From: an uncultured Gemmatimonadales bacterium
GTDB lineage: Bacteria; Gemmatimonadota; Gemmatimonadetes; Gemmatimonadales; GWC2-71-9
NCBI GenBank assembly: GCA_963850655.1
Contig: CAWKMI010000004.1
Span: forward strand, 10,026-74,025
Direction: 5' to 3'
DNA: 64,000 bases
Made by a program: the position numbers and the translations under genes. Positions 23,626-35,184 of the stretch are shown here, piece after piece. The notes beneath the pieces are model-generated. The model was not told the origin of the DNA. It saw nothing but the letters and a program-made list of their open reading frames with translations, and searched no databases. Position 1 is the first letter of the stretch. The number at the start of each line of letters is the position of its first letter.

Positions 23626-23718
23626 AGGTGCAGTCACCGGGGCTCCCGTCCCGGGCACGAAGGGGGATCTGGCCTCGCGGACGGACCCCCTTCGTTGCGC
23701 TGGTGAACGACCTTCCGC

Positions 23719-23747
23719 TTGACCTCGGCGTCCAATTGTGACAAAAT
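23719..23747 (+). promoter_or_regulatory. Sigma-70-like promoter giving a near-leaderless mRNA
   Basis: TTGACC-N17-CAAAAT, with ATG 9 bp downstream and no SD. Confidence 0.5.
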
Positions 23748-23756
23748 GGCTCCCAT

Positions 23757-24185
23757 ATGTTCCGGACTCATGTTTGGCTGCATCGAGCGCTGGCGATGCT
23801 GGCAGTGTTGGGCTTGTCGATCGCGCCCCTCGCGGCTGCCCTTCATGCCCAGGGGGGCGATGGCCCCGTCATGCCGATGGCGATGCCGATGCCAATGGCG
23901 ATGCCAATGGCGATGCCGATGGCGATGGACGCCCCCGGTCAGGGCGGCCACCATTCTTCCGGCCCGGACACCCACCACCCCTGTCCGGCGTCATGCTGCG
24001 ATCTCTGCTTCGGTGGTTGCAGCTGTGCTACGGTGCCGGTTGCGCCTGTGGTCTCGATCGCTGGCCTGAAGCCGGTTGACAACACCTCCATCGACACCGC
24101 GCCTGAGCCACACCTCCTCCCGAGCCGAATTGCACCTCACGCCGCACCCTTCGCCCTCCCGCCGCCGGGCCCCGCCTCCGCCTGA
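23757..24185 (+). CDS. Met/His/Cys-rich leader protein (DUF2946/CutF/CruR-like)
   Basis: Signal/TM N-terminus, Met-X repeat with 10 Met, HH..HHPCPASCCDLCFGGCSC, C-terminal PFALPPP. Directly upstream of a TonB-dependent receptor. Confidence 0.75.
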   Translation: MFRTHVWLHRALAMLAVLGLSIAPLAAALHAQGGDGPVMPMAMPMPMAMPMAMPMAMDAPGQGGHHSSGPDTHHPCPASCCDLCFGGCSCATVPVAPVVSIAGLKPVDNTSIDTAPEPHLLPSRIAPHAAPFALPPPGPASA

Positions 24186-24253
24186 TCTCGCTGCGACCAT
24201 GTGTCGTGGCGATTCCTTGCCCGGCCCACGGTCCTGCGTTCACGGAGGCGGTT

Positions 24254-26266
24254 GTGTGCTCACGTCACTGGTTAGTTGTGGTCTTTCTGGCCCCCGTTGC
24301 ACTGGTGGCCCAGCAAACGACGCCGTCCCGACTCGATGCGCGACCCAGGGTGACACTCTGACGCATCGTGCCCCTCTCAAGCTCGAGGCGATCACGGTGC
24401 AGGCATCGCCGACCCCGGTCGACGTTCCTGTGAGTGTCATCCGGATCACGCCGCGAGTGATCAGCACCACTCCCGCCAACGGCCCCTGGGACCTGCTGCG
24501 GCTGACCGCCGGGGTGGAGATTCATGACCAGGGACAGGGACCGGGGTTCGCTTCCGATGCTTCGATCCGCGGCTTTTCGTCGGATCACTCGACCGACCTG
24601 GCACTCTGGATCGATGGGGTTCCCGTCAACGAGCCGGTGAACGGCCATGCCGAGGGGTACAACGACTGGAGCCTGCTGATGCCGTCGGTGATCAGCGACA
24701 TGGAAGTGATCGAGGGTCCGACCAGCGCGCTGTACGGCAACTTTGCCATGGCCGGGGTCGTCACGGTCCGGACGCGCGAGCGGATGACGGGTTCGCAGTT
24801 CTCACTGGACGGCGGCACCAATGGGCGGGTCGACGGCACGCTTTCTTACCGGTCTCGATCGCGAAGGGCTCGGCCTGGTGGTCGGAATCCGCGGCATGCG
24901 CGACGGCGGCTGGCGTCCGAACAGCGAACAGCACCTGGGCCAGTTCTACGGCCGCTTGGTCCGACAACTCTCCGGTAGCGCCACCCTCGACATTGGCACA
25001 CAACTCTACAGCGCCGGCTGGGACTCTCCCGGCTTCATCACCAGCGCTGCGTTTGCTGCCGGAGAGTTTGACCATGTCTCCGATGTGACCGATGGTGGCT
25101 TCAAGCGGCATGCGCTGGAGCGAGCCTCGCTCCGGGTGGTGGCGGTGGCTCGACCCTCTGGCGCACTACGCTGTACGCCACGCAAGGCAACTGGAACTTC
25201 TTCCTGACGATCCCGCCCGAGCCGGGTGAGGGAGAGGGAAGCGGCAGCCAGACACAGGAGATCGATCACCGCTCCGGTTGGGGGGCCACCAGCGCGCTGT
25301 CGTGGGCCAGCACCCGCACCGAACTTACCGTCGGCGGCCAGGGACGTCTCGACAACAGCGACTTCTCCCGCTGGTACACGACGACCCGCACGCAAGACTC
25401 CTCCGACGCCCTGCTGCAAGCCCGCCAGGCATCGGGAGCGATCTTCCTGCAGTCGAGCGCCGACGTCGGTCATCACGTCCGCTTCACGCTCGGGGGGCGC
25501 TATGATCTCCTCGACACGCGTTCGAGTCCTGATGGCGAAGCCATCCACGTCAGCCGCGAACGGGATCTTCTCGCCCAAGGCGGGCGTGCTGCTGCATCTC
25601 CGGCGCGTCGGCGCGCTCTATGCCAACGTGTCGCGGGGTTTCCGAAGCACCGATGGTGTCATCGACAATCCGACGCTGCCGTTCATCACCGAGTGGGCCT
25701 ACGAATCCGGGCTGCAGGTGGGGGTGCGGCGGCTGAATGGCACGGTTGCGCTCTTCCGGACCGATGTCAGCAACGAACAGAGCTTCGATCCGATTCACCT
25801 CACCAGCACCACTGCCGGCCGCTCGCGGCGCCAGGGAGTGCAATTCTCGCTGGTTGGCCGGGTAAGCGACGCGGCTCGCCTGAGCGGCAGCTGGACATTC
25901 ACGGACGCCAAGTATCTGGAAGCCACCACCCCGGATGGCGACACTCTCGATGGGACTTCGGTGCCCAATACTGCCAGGTATGTTGGCTCGGCGTCGCTCG
26001 AGCTCGGTCCTTCCACGGCGCCCTGGTTCGTCCGCATCAGCACGAATGTCGTCGGGCCATACACCCCGTTCGATGAGCCTGGAGTCGAGTTGCCGGCCTA
26101 CGGACTGTTGCACCTGTCGGGACGGTACCAGATGAACTCGACCACCGCAGTGCGCCTCGGCGTTCGCAACCTCCTCGATCACTCCTATCCGGAACTCCGG
26201 GCCGGCGGCTTCGTGTCACCGGGTCAGGGGCGGGCGATCTATGCCGGATTGAGCTACCAGCGCTAG
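24254..26266 (+). CDS. TonB-dependent outer membrane receptor (frameshifted)
   Basis: RBS GGAGG then GTG and a signal peptide. TonB box LEAITVQA, plug IRGF..IDGVPVN..IEGPTSALYGNFAMAGVV, C-terminal LGVRNLLD..Y..GRAIYAGLSY. Confidence 0.9.
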
Positions 26267-26422
26267 GCGGCGCCCGACCGGTGCCGGCGCAGGGCCGTCC
26301 CGAGTGTCCGACTGGAAACTCGCCGCCGGGCGACCCGGCCGAGCCGTGTTCGAGCGGAACGCTGCCGGCGGCTATATTACGAGCAGCCCGAGGTACCCGA
26401 ATCACCCTGTGAGGAGCCCGAC

Positions 26423-26683
26423 ATGGCTGATGCCCCGCTCGCCCCGATTCCGCCCGCTCGCGCCGCCCAGGAACTGACCAAGCTGTCCGCCATGCGGAAG
26501 AGCGGTGAACTGGCCCAGGACGAGTACGAGCACAAGTTTTCGCGCATGGTCAGCGAGCTGCGCGATCGCCGCATCGGCGGCACCCGTGCGGAGATCATGG
26601 CAGCGCTCGAGCCGCTGCGTCTCAATGGCGTGATCACCGCTGCGGAATGGGATCGTTTCATCTCCCAGCTCGGACTCGGCTGA
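26423..26683 (+). CDS. Small helical protein with two SHOCT-like motifs
   Basis: LTKLSAMRKSGELAQDEYE and LEPLRLNGVITAAEWD. RBS GAGGAG, TATATT upstream. Confidence 0.7.
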   Translation: MADAPLAPIPPARAAQELTKLSAMRKSGELAQDEYEHKFSRMVSELRDRRIGGTRAEIMAALEPLRLNGVITAAEWDRFISQLGLG

Positions 26684-26696
26684 CCAAGAGCTTCCG

Positions 26697-27930
26697 ATGG
26701 CCGCCGTGACTCGGCGTTCCACCCCCACCGTCCGGATTGGTGGCGTGGCGGTGGGGTCGGCACATCCGGTGGTGGTCCAGTCGATGACCAACACCGACAC
26801 CGCCGACGTCACCGCCACCGTGCGCCAGGTGGCGGAGCTGGCGCGCGCCGGCAGCGAGCTGGTGCGCGTCACCGTCAACAACGACGCGGCCGCGGCCGCT
26901 GTCCCCGAGATCGTTGCCGGACTCGATCGGATCGGCATCACGGTGCCGATCATCGGTGATTTCCACTACAACGGCCACCGCTCTGCTCACGCGCTTCCCC
27001 GAGTGCGCCCGGGCGCTTGCCAAGTACCGCATCAATCCCGGCAACGTCGGCGGCAAGCGGCACGACGAGCACTTCCGCGCCATCGTCGAGGTCGCGATCG
27101 CCAACGACAAGCCGGTGCGCATCGGCGTCAACTGGGGCTCGCTCGACCAGGCGCTGCTCACCGAGATGATGGACGGCCAACGCCGCAGCTGGCCGTCCCG
27201 CGTGCGGCGCGGGACGTGATGCTTGATGCGATGATCGCCTCGGCGCTGCGCTCAGCAGCCGCGGCCGAATCGATCGGACTGGCGCACGACCGCATCGTGC
27301 TCAGCGCCAAGGTCTCCAATGTGCAGGACCTCGTCGACGTCTACCGGCTGCTCGCCGCGCGGTGCGACTTCCCCCTGCACGTCGGGCTCACCGAGGCCGG
27401 GATGGCGATGAAGGGCATGGTGGCCAGTGCTGCCGGGCTCGCGATCCTCCTGCAGGAGCGGCATCGGCGACACCATCCGGGTGTCGCTCACCCCGGAGCC
27501 GGATGGGGATCGCACCGAGGAAGTCCGCGTCGCCCAGCAGGTCCTCCAATCGCTCGGCCTGCGGCATTTCACCCCCCAGGTCACCTCCTGCCCGGGTTGC
27601 GGCCGGACCACCAGCACCTTCTTCCAGTCGATGGCGGAGGAGATCGAGGGCTATCTCCGCCGTCAGATGCCGGTCTGGGCTGGGAGGTACCCGGGGGTCG
27701 CGGAGCTGAAGGTGGCCGTCATGGGCTGCGTGGTGAACGGGCCGGGGGAATCGAAGCACGCCAATATCGGGATTTCGCTCCCGGGAACCTTCGAGGAGCC
27801 GGTCGCCCCGGTCTTCATCGATGGTTGTCTGGCCACTACACTCCGCGGCGATAATATTGTGGCGGAATTCCTCCACCTCCTGGAGGCCTATGTCGAAGGC
27901 CGTTATGGGGTTGGTCCGGACCCGGCATAG
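26697..27930 (+). CDS. ispG: (E)-4-hydroxy-3-methylbut-2-enyl diphosphate synthase (frameshifted)
   Basis: [66 protein letters not shown]. Confidence 0.95.
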
Positions 27931-28021
27931 CCGGGGGCTCTTGCGCGGCTGGCGTTGTGAGCAGAGATTTCGCCTCTAGGACCACCCCACACCATCGTGC
28001 CTCCCCTCAGGAGCTATTGCA

Positions 28022-28981
28022 ATGCGCTTTACCCGACTGATTTCCGCGATCACGCTAGTCGCGGCGGTGACCGTCCTGGGCTCATGCGGAGGGTCGAGCG
28101 CGCCGACATCGGCGGGCACCGATCCGAGCGCGAACCTCGGCCCACGCGAATTCGCCCTCATGCCGAGTCAGATCAATTGGGACAGGGGCTTGGTGGGTGA
28201 TCCCATTCCGACCGACACCAAGACGGTGTTGATCGCCGGCATCATCCCGCTGGCCTCGTATCCTTCCTTCGGGGCGCCGGTCTATTCCGGTGGGGCTGAC
28301 AACTGGCTCGACATGGATCTGTCCCCAAACTTCTCTCGCAGCCCGCTGGGCTGGATCGCGAGCTTCAAGCTCAAGCAAGCGGCTCAAGACCTGCCGGAAG
28401 GGTCCTACACTGCCACGATCCTGGTGACGGTTCCGGCCGCCCTCAACAATCCGCAGATGATCACGATCTCCTTCGGCTGTCACCAACTCGAAGTCGATGG
28501 TCCTTACAAAGAGGGCAATCTGACTTCCGATACACCGAGGTGGGATCGTGATACCTACGAGTACAACAACGACGCCGCCGGCGGGTATGCGTACCAGGAC
28601 TGGTGCGTCTTCGTCCCGCCCCTCACCAGGGTCTGGGTGTGGCAGCAGGGGGGATACGACGGTTGCCCAGGTCATGACGTTCTTGGCTACACGCTGTACG
28701 ATTCGTACCTCTACACCTTTACCCAGCCGGATCATGAGTACGTCGAGAGTGACGACGACGGAGCCTGTGGGTACGATTCCCTTCTCGACTTCTACAATTC
28801 CTCAACGTCACCGAAAGAGTATCTGATCCGCTCCACGAGCTACGATACCTATGATGAAGAAGGGGTCGGCACCTACCGAATCCAGGTCAACACCTACGAT
28901 CCTTACTACGGTGACGGCGAAGATCTGCATGCACCAGGCCGCGCAACGAAGCCGGTAAAGCCGCCGCGCCGAGCTCACTGA
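28022..28981 (+). CDS. Lipoprotein with Ig/BACON-like and PPC-like domains
   Basis: Lipobox LGSC. LPEGSYTATILVT and SDDDGACGYDSLL..YLIRSTSY..GTYRIQV. Confidence 0.7.
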   Translation: MRFTRLISAITLVAAVTVLGSCGGSSAPTSAGTDPSANLGPREFALMPSQINWDRGLVGDPIPTDTKTVLIAGIIPLASYPSFGAPVYSGGADNWLDMDLSPNFSRSPLGWIASFKLKQAAQDLPEGSYTATILVTVPAALNNPQMITISFGCHQLEVDGPYKEGNLTSDTPRWDRDTYEYNNDAAGGYAYQDWCVFVPPLTRVWVWQQGGYDGCPGHDVLGYTLYDSYLYTFTQPDHEYVESDDDGACGYDSLLDFYNSSTSPKEYLIRSTSYDTYDEEGVGTYRIQVNTYDPYYGDGEDLHAPGRATKPVKPPRRAH

Positions 28982-28996
28982 GCTGCTGCGCTGATT

Positions 28997-29039
28997 GCCG
29001 CGCCCCGGTGCCTTCACGGCACCGGGGCGCGGTGCGTTT
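28997..29039 (+). terminator. Intrinsic terminator-like hairpin
   Basis: 15-bp stem CCGCGCCCCGGTGCC/GGCACCGGGGCGCGG with a short T tail. Confidence 0.7.
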
Positions 29040-29071
29040 GGGACCGAGCCTGGCCACGGTACATTCCTGCT

Positions 29072-29776
29072 GTGTTCACTCCCCCTGTTCTCGACCTCCT
29101 GAGTGGATCCCGGCTGCTTTCCCTTGGTGAGCTCTTTCTCGCCGGGGTGGCGACCTCGTTGACGCCCTGCATCTACCCGATGATCCCGATTACCGCCGGC
29201 GTGCTCGGCGGCGCCGGGGCAGGGCGGCGCTCACGACGACGGACGGCGCTGGTGACGGTGGTTTATGTCCTGGGGCTGGCCCTGGTTTATGCCTCGCTCG
29301 GGCTCATCGCCGGGCTCACGGGATCGCTTTTCGGGACCATCTCCTCGAACCCGTGGGCGTATTTTGTCTTCGGCAATCTGCTGCTGCTCGCGGCGCTTGC
29401 CATGCTCGATGTCTTTCCCGTCGCCGCACCGTCGCGGCTGGTGTCATGGGCCGCGCGGCTCGGCGGTGACTCACTCGGTGGGGCCTTCCTCATGGGGGCC
29501 ACATCGGGACTGGTGGCGGCACCGTGCGGCGCCCCGGGGTTCGCGGCGGTGCTGACCTGGGTCGCGAGCAGCCAGAGCGCAGTGTGGGGGTTCGCCTACT
29601 TGTTCGTCTTCTCCATCGGGATGACTGCGCTCCTGGTGGTGGTGGGCCTGGTGGCCGGGACCGCCGCGGCCCTGCCCCGTGCGGGAAGCTGGCTGCTCTG
29701 GGTCAAGCGGCTCAGCGGGCTCCTGCTCCTCGCCATGGCCGAGTACTACTTCGTCAAGATGGGACAGGTGCTATGA
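29072..29776 (+). CDS. CcdA/DsbD transmembrane electron transporter
   Basis: TSLTPCIYPMIP and VAAPCGAP Cys motifs, multiple TM helices. Confidence 0.9.
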   Translation: MFTPPVLDLLSGSRLLSLGELFLAGVATSLTPCIYPMIPITAGVLGGAGAGRRSRRRTALVTVVYVLGLALVYASLGLIAGLTGSLFGTISSNPWAYFVFGNLLLLAALAMLDVFPVAAPSRLVSWAARLGGDSLGGAFLMGATSGLVAAPCGAPGFAAVLTWVASSQSAVWGFAYLFVFSIGMTALLVVVGLVAGTAAALPRAGSWLLWVKRLSGLLLLAMAEYYFVKMGQVL

Positions 29777-30265
29777 AGGCTGGATTCTTCCTGCTTGCCG
29801 TCACCGTGTGTGCGGCGCCCTGCCGCGGCTCAGACGCGGGCCCCCGGGGTCGGGGATCTCGCGCCGGTCGTGCTGGTCAACGACCTCGATGGCCATCCGG
29901 TGCGGGTGGGCGTGGCACCGGGCAAACGAGGTGTGCTGATCGAGTTCTGGGCCACCTGGTGCGAGATCTGCAAGGCATTGATGCCGAATGTCGCGGCGGC
30001 GCACGCCAGGTATGGCGACCGCGTAGACTTCATCGGGGTCAACGTCACCGTCAACGAGAACCAGAGTCGCGTGCGCCGCTATCTCGACCAGCACAAGCCA
30101 CCATTCCGTACCGTCTACGACACCGCTGGTGCCTCGCAGCGTGCCTTCGGGGCACCCGCCACCTCCTACGTCGTGATCGTCGATGCGAACGGCCGCATTC
30201 GCTACACCGGCAGCGGGGCCAGGCAGGATCTGGTGGCCGAACTGGCGAAGGTGGTCGGCCAATGA
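29773..30265 (+). CDS. TlpA/ResA thioredoxin-like disulfide reductase (N-terminal frameshift)
   Basis: FWATWCEICKALMP, signal peptide. Confidence 0.88.
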
Positions 30266-30845
30266 AGCGGCCCTTCCTGCTCGCGGTGGCGACGCTCTGT
30301 CTGGCCGCCAGCGTGGTCGCCCAGTCCGATACCGCCGGACGATCCGGCTTCGCATCGGCCTGGAGGAGGGCGTCAAGGTCGGGCGCCAGGCGCCGCAGCT
30401 GAAGCTTCCCTACGCCACGAAGGATGGACTGGGGCCAGCCGATCAACCGTTCGACCTTGCCAAGGAACTTGGCCGGGTGGTGGTGCTGGCGTTCTACCCG
30501 GGGGACTTCACCCCCGGCTGCGTGGCCGAATGGCAGGCGTTCCGGGATCGAGCTGCGACAATGTTCGGCCCCGACGTCGTCGTCGCCGGAATCTCGGCCG
30601 ACTCGCTGGCATCGCATGTCCGCTTCGCGGCCGAATATGACCTGCCGTTCAAGTTCCTCAGCGACCCCGACCTGACCGTGTTGCGCCGATATGCTTTCGT
30701 TGACGGAACGCGGAGCCGCCGGGCCGTGGTGGTGGTGGGTCGTGACGGCCGGGTACGCTACGTCGATGCGGGGTTCGCCGCGCTGGACCCGCAGAGTTAC
30801 GTTCACCTTGGCGCCGCCATCCAGGCAGCCAAGGAGCAATCATGA
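30262..30845 (+). CDS. Exported peroxiredoxin (BCP/AhpC-TSA type), frameshifted
   Basis: FYPGDFTPGCVAE, GISADS..SH..F, FLSD, RAVVVVGRDG. Confidence 0.85.
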
Positions 30846-31716
30846 GCCAAACCGCTGGCAGACCGTGGGCCCGCGCCATTGTCCTGCTCGGTCTGCTGGC
30901 CACGGCTTCAGCGGCGGTGCATCGGCGTCTGGCGCCCAGAGCGTCACCGGGAGTCCGCTGGTCAACCTGCAGGACGCGCGGGGTGGGTTCTGCATCTGGT
31001 ACCTGGTCGACCCCGCCATGGCTCCCGACGCTGGCCGAGAAGGGGACCGTGCTGGCCCCGGCTGGTACTGGCACCTCCCTGCCGGTTCGCTGGCCCAGAC
31101 CATTCAGGGACGAGCCGCGGTTCACCGCGTGGATCCCGGCAGCCATCTGCGTCGGGTTCTACGGCCAGCATGACCATCGACGACCAGGAGCCCATCCTGG
31201 CGGCCGCCGACCACCCATTGACGCTGGTGACCCACCTGGTCGCCGCCCAGTCGACCCGAGGGGCCGGGGGAGGGGCAGAGGTACCTGCTGATCAAGCTCG
31301 CCAGCGACAGCCGGACGGTCCGAAAGCTGGAGGAATGATCGCGGGATTTCGGTCGACGGGAGTGACGATCGTCCCGGGAAAGGACCGTGGCACCACCGAG
31401 GACCGGGTGGAATTCCGGCTTGGAAGCGCCAAGATCCCTGGATTGGCCATCCATCCGGCGAGCCGAGTGTCGGAATGACACACTCGATGTCGTTCGGATA
31501 CGCGGGGAGCCCATGGCACCAACTGGCGGGGTACCCTCGAAGCGCGCACGGGCGGAGACCCACGCTATGATCGGCGACCCTCCGGGTCGAGGGGAAGGGA
31601 ACCCTCGGAAGGCGCTCAAATCCTCACCAATACGGGCTGTCGGCCCGATCGAGACCGGTGGCTCCGCGAGTCTCAGCTTCCAGATCGTGCCCGGCGGTGC
31701 CTGCGGCGGCAACTGA
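30842..31716 (+). CDS. Exported hypothetical protein (multiple frameshifts)
   Basis: ATGA overlap with the upstream gene, signal-like N-terminus, coding-like fragments up to TGA at 31716. Confidence 0.5.
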
Positions 31717-32099
31717 GCAGGCCCTTGCTCATTGGGAGGCCGGCGGGGTGCGTCCGGTCTCCCATCGGTAGGTTCGACCCATCCGGTGAGCATGCCCCGA
31801 CCCGCTCGAGGCCCAAGTCAATGCGGAGCACAATAGACTTGACCAGGGTGCTTCTCGCCAAAAGTTGCAATGCTGGCCTCGCTTTCGGCCCAGTCGCGCT
31901 TGGCGTGACGGGACCAGGCGGGTGTCGGATTGACGCGGTTTCGGGGGTTCGTTTCAAGAACGACCCTGACGATCCCGGCCTTGCCACTGCGACCTGGTCG
32001 CCGCGGCGCCAGCAGTTCAGGATCTCAGGCAGTTGTTAGCACCAGTGGTTCACTTGCAGGACGGTCCTCACTTCGGGCCCACACACTTCAGGGGGATAA

Positions 32100-35000
32100 A
32101 TGCTGAAGATTTACCGTAACGTTGTGACGGCTGGCTTGTCGGTCTCGGCCTTGCGGCCTGCGGCGACAAGGTCACCGTCACGCAGCCAGTGACGCCGATG
32201 CCGGGGGTTACCTCGGTTTCCGTTGCGCCTGCGAACCTGACGATCCCATTGACCAGCAGGTCCAGTACGCCGCCTCGGTCATCGCCGACGCCGGTGTCGC
32301 GACCTCGGTAACTTGGGCGTACGGGCAACCCGGCGATTGCGAGTGTTGACGCGAGTGGTATTGGTGAAGGGCGTCACGGCCGGCACCACGACGATCGTCG
32401 CGACCTCAACCGCCGATCCTGGCAAGCAGGGCATTGCCTCCGTCACGGTCTCGTCCACGCCGCCGAGCATCGTGTCGTTCACGATCACCCCGGTCGTTGC
32501 GACGTTGGCTCCGGGCAATTTCGTCCAGATCTCGCCGACGTTCGTCATGGCAGCGGGCGTTACGGCGCCGACACCGACCTATTCGGTGACCACCGGGACG
32601 GGCATCGTCACCGTTGACGCCTCGGGCAAGGTGGTCGCCGTGGCTCCCGGCACCGCAGTCGTCACCGCGACCGCCATCAGCGGAACCTCGACCCTGACTG
32701 CCACGCTTGGCGTGACGGTGCGGGACCTGGTTCCTGCGACGGTTTCGATCTCCAGCATCACGACGGGCATCCTCACCCTTCCGGTCGGTGCTGACCAACG
32801 TGGCCGGCCAGATCGAGGTGAACCTGAACTTCGATCCGGGCGAGCAGGTGATCGACTCGCTCGCCGTCTACATCGGGGCGATGCGTGCCGGCAAGTTCAC
32901 GTACATCACGAACCCGGCTGCTGGTATCATCACCGTGTCCATCAACACTGCCAATTTTGTCAAGGATCCGGCGTTGGGCACGGCAACGGTTGATTTCCTC
33001 AACGGCAACTCGACGGTCAGCGCCGCGATCTACCCGCGCGGTGTCGCGACGGCGACGGCCACTCAGACCACGCCGATCGTGCTCAACAACGTCGATGGCT
33101 GGGCGGCTGACATCACCAAGCCGTCAGTCAACGCCAACAGCCCGGCTGGCCTGACCTACTGGGGCGGCCCGACCGCGCGACGTCACGGCCGAGATCTACC
33201 CGGTCATCTACACTCCGGGCCGTTCGATCGCGACCACGACGTGGACCCTTGGCCCCGCCGGCGCCCCGGGCTGCGCGCTCATTACGCAGACTGTGATGCC
33301 GTTTACGGCGACCTTCGGGTACACCGCGGCGGCGGGTGGCACGGCCACTGTCGGTTGCACCGGGTATGAGAACACCACCGGTCTCCTTGGCGTGCGCGAC
33401 AACATCGTGATCACTGCCGCGCTTGATAACGCCAACAACACCTTCCCACTCGTGCTCGGGGCTGCTGGCCTGATCCCGAACATCGTGGTGCTCGGTGCAA
33501 CGCCGGACTCGCTGCGTCTTGATTACGTGGCCCCGACGGTCAGCACGCCCTCGATCACCCGTTCGCTTCCGGCCGTCACCGGCTGGGTCAACGCGACGTT
33601 CTCCTTCCTCAACTTCGGGTCCACCGATGCGGGCGTTGGTCTCCGCACCGTGCGCGATCGTACCACGACCTACACTTCGGTCAACTGCCTTGCTGACGCC
33701 TCGGTGGGTGCAGCGATGGCGACCGGGGTTGGCGCTGACATTTCCGCCGGCGTTGCGTGTCCCGACAACAGCATCGGTGGAACGCCTGGCCTTGTTGGCA
33801 CGGCTCCCTGGACGGTCAGTGGCCAAGAATCCGACCGCCTCGGCAACGTCGGCACCTCGGTCCCGACTGCGACGTTCGGCACCGATTTCACGGCTCCGTC
33901 GATTCGTTGGGGCCTGGCCGATGCGGGTATCCCGTTGCTCGCTGCCGTGAACCAGGCAGCGGCCGACACCATCTTCACCCTGTCGAAGCCGACGACCCAG
34001 ACGTTCCGGGCCGAAGCTCTTGATGAGCGGTCTGGCTTCGATATCGGGACCGCCGAAACGCAGATGCTGTCGATGGCGAATCATGCCAACCCGGCGGGTT
34101 TCTGCATCATCGGTGGAGTTCCGGGCCCGGGTGCAACGTTTGTCACCTCGGCAACCTGCGGCTTGGCCACTGCCGCTTCCATTGCGACCGTCCGTCTTGA
34201 TGGCTGGCGCGCCGGTGCCGATGTTCTGGTGCCGACCATGGAAGCGTACTACGGTTACCGTGCGATGTTCACCGACGCCGCGGGCAACGCTTCGGCGACG
34301 GTCTTCCGTCGCCTGCTTGTGAATGCCAATGCGCCGTTCAGCACTGGCTTGGGCGTTCCGGCAGTCCTGACGAGCACGGCGTTCAACTTCCTCGCCACCT
34401 TCTCCGACTCGGTTGAGATCATCAACCAGTCCCTGCAGGTGGTCTACCCGCTGGTTCCTGGCGCCACGGACTCGCTCCGTTACACCCAGGCCCCAATCGG
34501 CGTCAAGTTCGACGACTTCATCACGTCGCCGTTCGCCGGCAACATCGCTCCCCCGATCGGCGCACCGTACGTGCGCGGCATCGAGGTTGTCGATGGTACG
34601 CTCTTCCCCGGCGCGAACGTCGCTGCCTATCCTGGCACGCCGGTCAAGCCGACCAAGGTGCAGGCCTGGTCGTGGAATCCGAGCAACTTCTTCGGCGCTT
34701 CGCCGGAGATCGCGATTCCGACGCTGAACGTCGAAGATGGCAGTGGTATCGCGGCGTTCAACATTGCCGATCCGACGATGGCTGTCGTGCACTGGCGTGT
34801 GATTACGACCGTCGCCTCGACCAACCAGTTCGGCTCGATCACCCCGCTTCGTGCGCAGGTGGTTGCACCGACCAACTCGCCGAACGCTCCGTTCACGCGG
34901 GTTGACTTCTACCGGCTGGATGCCGGCGGCACGTGGTACAACTATCTCGGCAGCGTGGCGGGTGGTGCTGCCATCCCCACGGACCAGGGCACGTATCGCT

Positions 35001-35152
35001 CCTGGGTCTACGCCCTGCCGACCGCCAGCTACGTGCGGACATGGAATGGCACCGCGGCTGGAGGAGTTGCCGCGGGTAACGTGATCATCGCGGTGGGTGT
35101 CATTGGCAACGGCGACGCTATTTCCACCGTTGCAAGCACGATGATACCGTAA
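32100..35152 (+). CDS. Large Ig-like (Big_2) surface lipoprotein, S-layer candidate (~1000 aa, frameshifted)
   Basis: MLKIYRNVVTAG..AACGDKVTV lipoprotein signal. IVTVDASGKVVAVAPGTAVVTAT repeats. A/T/G/V-rich. Fragments 32313..32993, 32788..33369, 33293..35152. Confidence 0.8.
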
Positions 35153-35184
35153 GTTTCGGTAGCGACACAACAGTGCAGGTGTAG

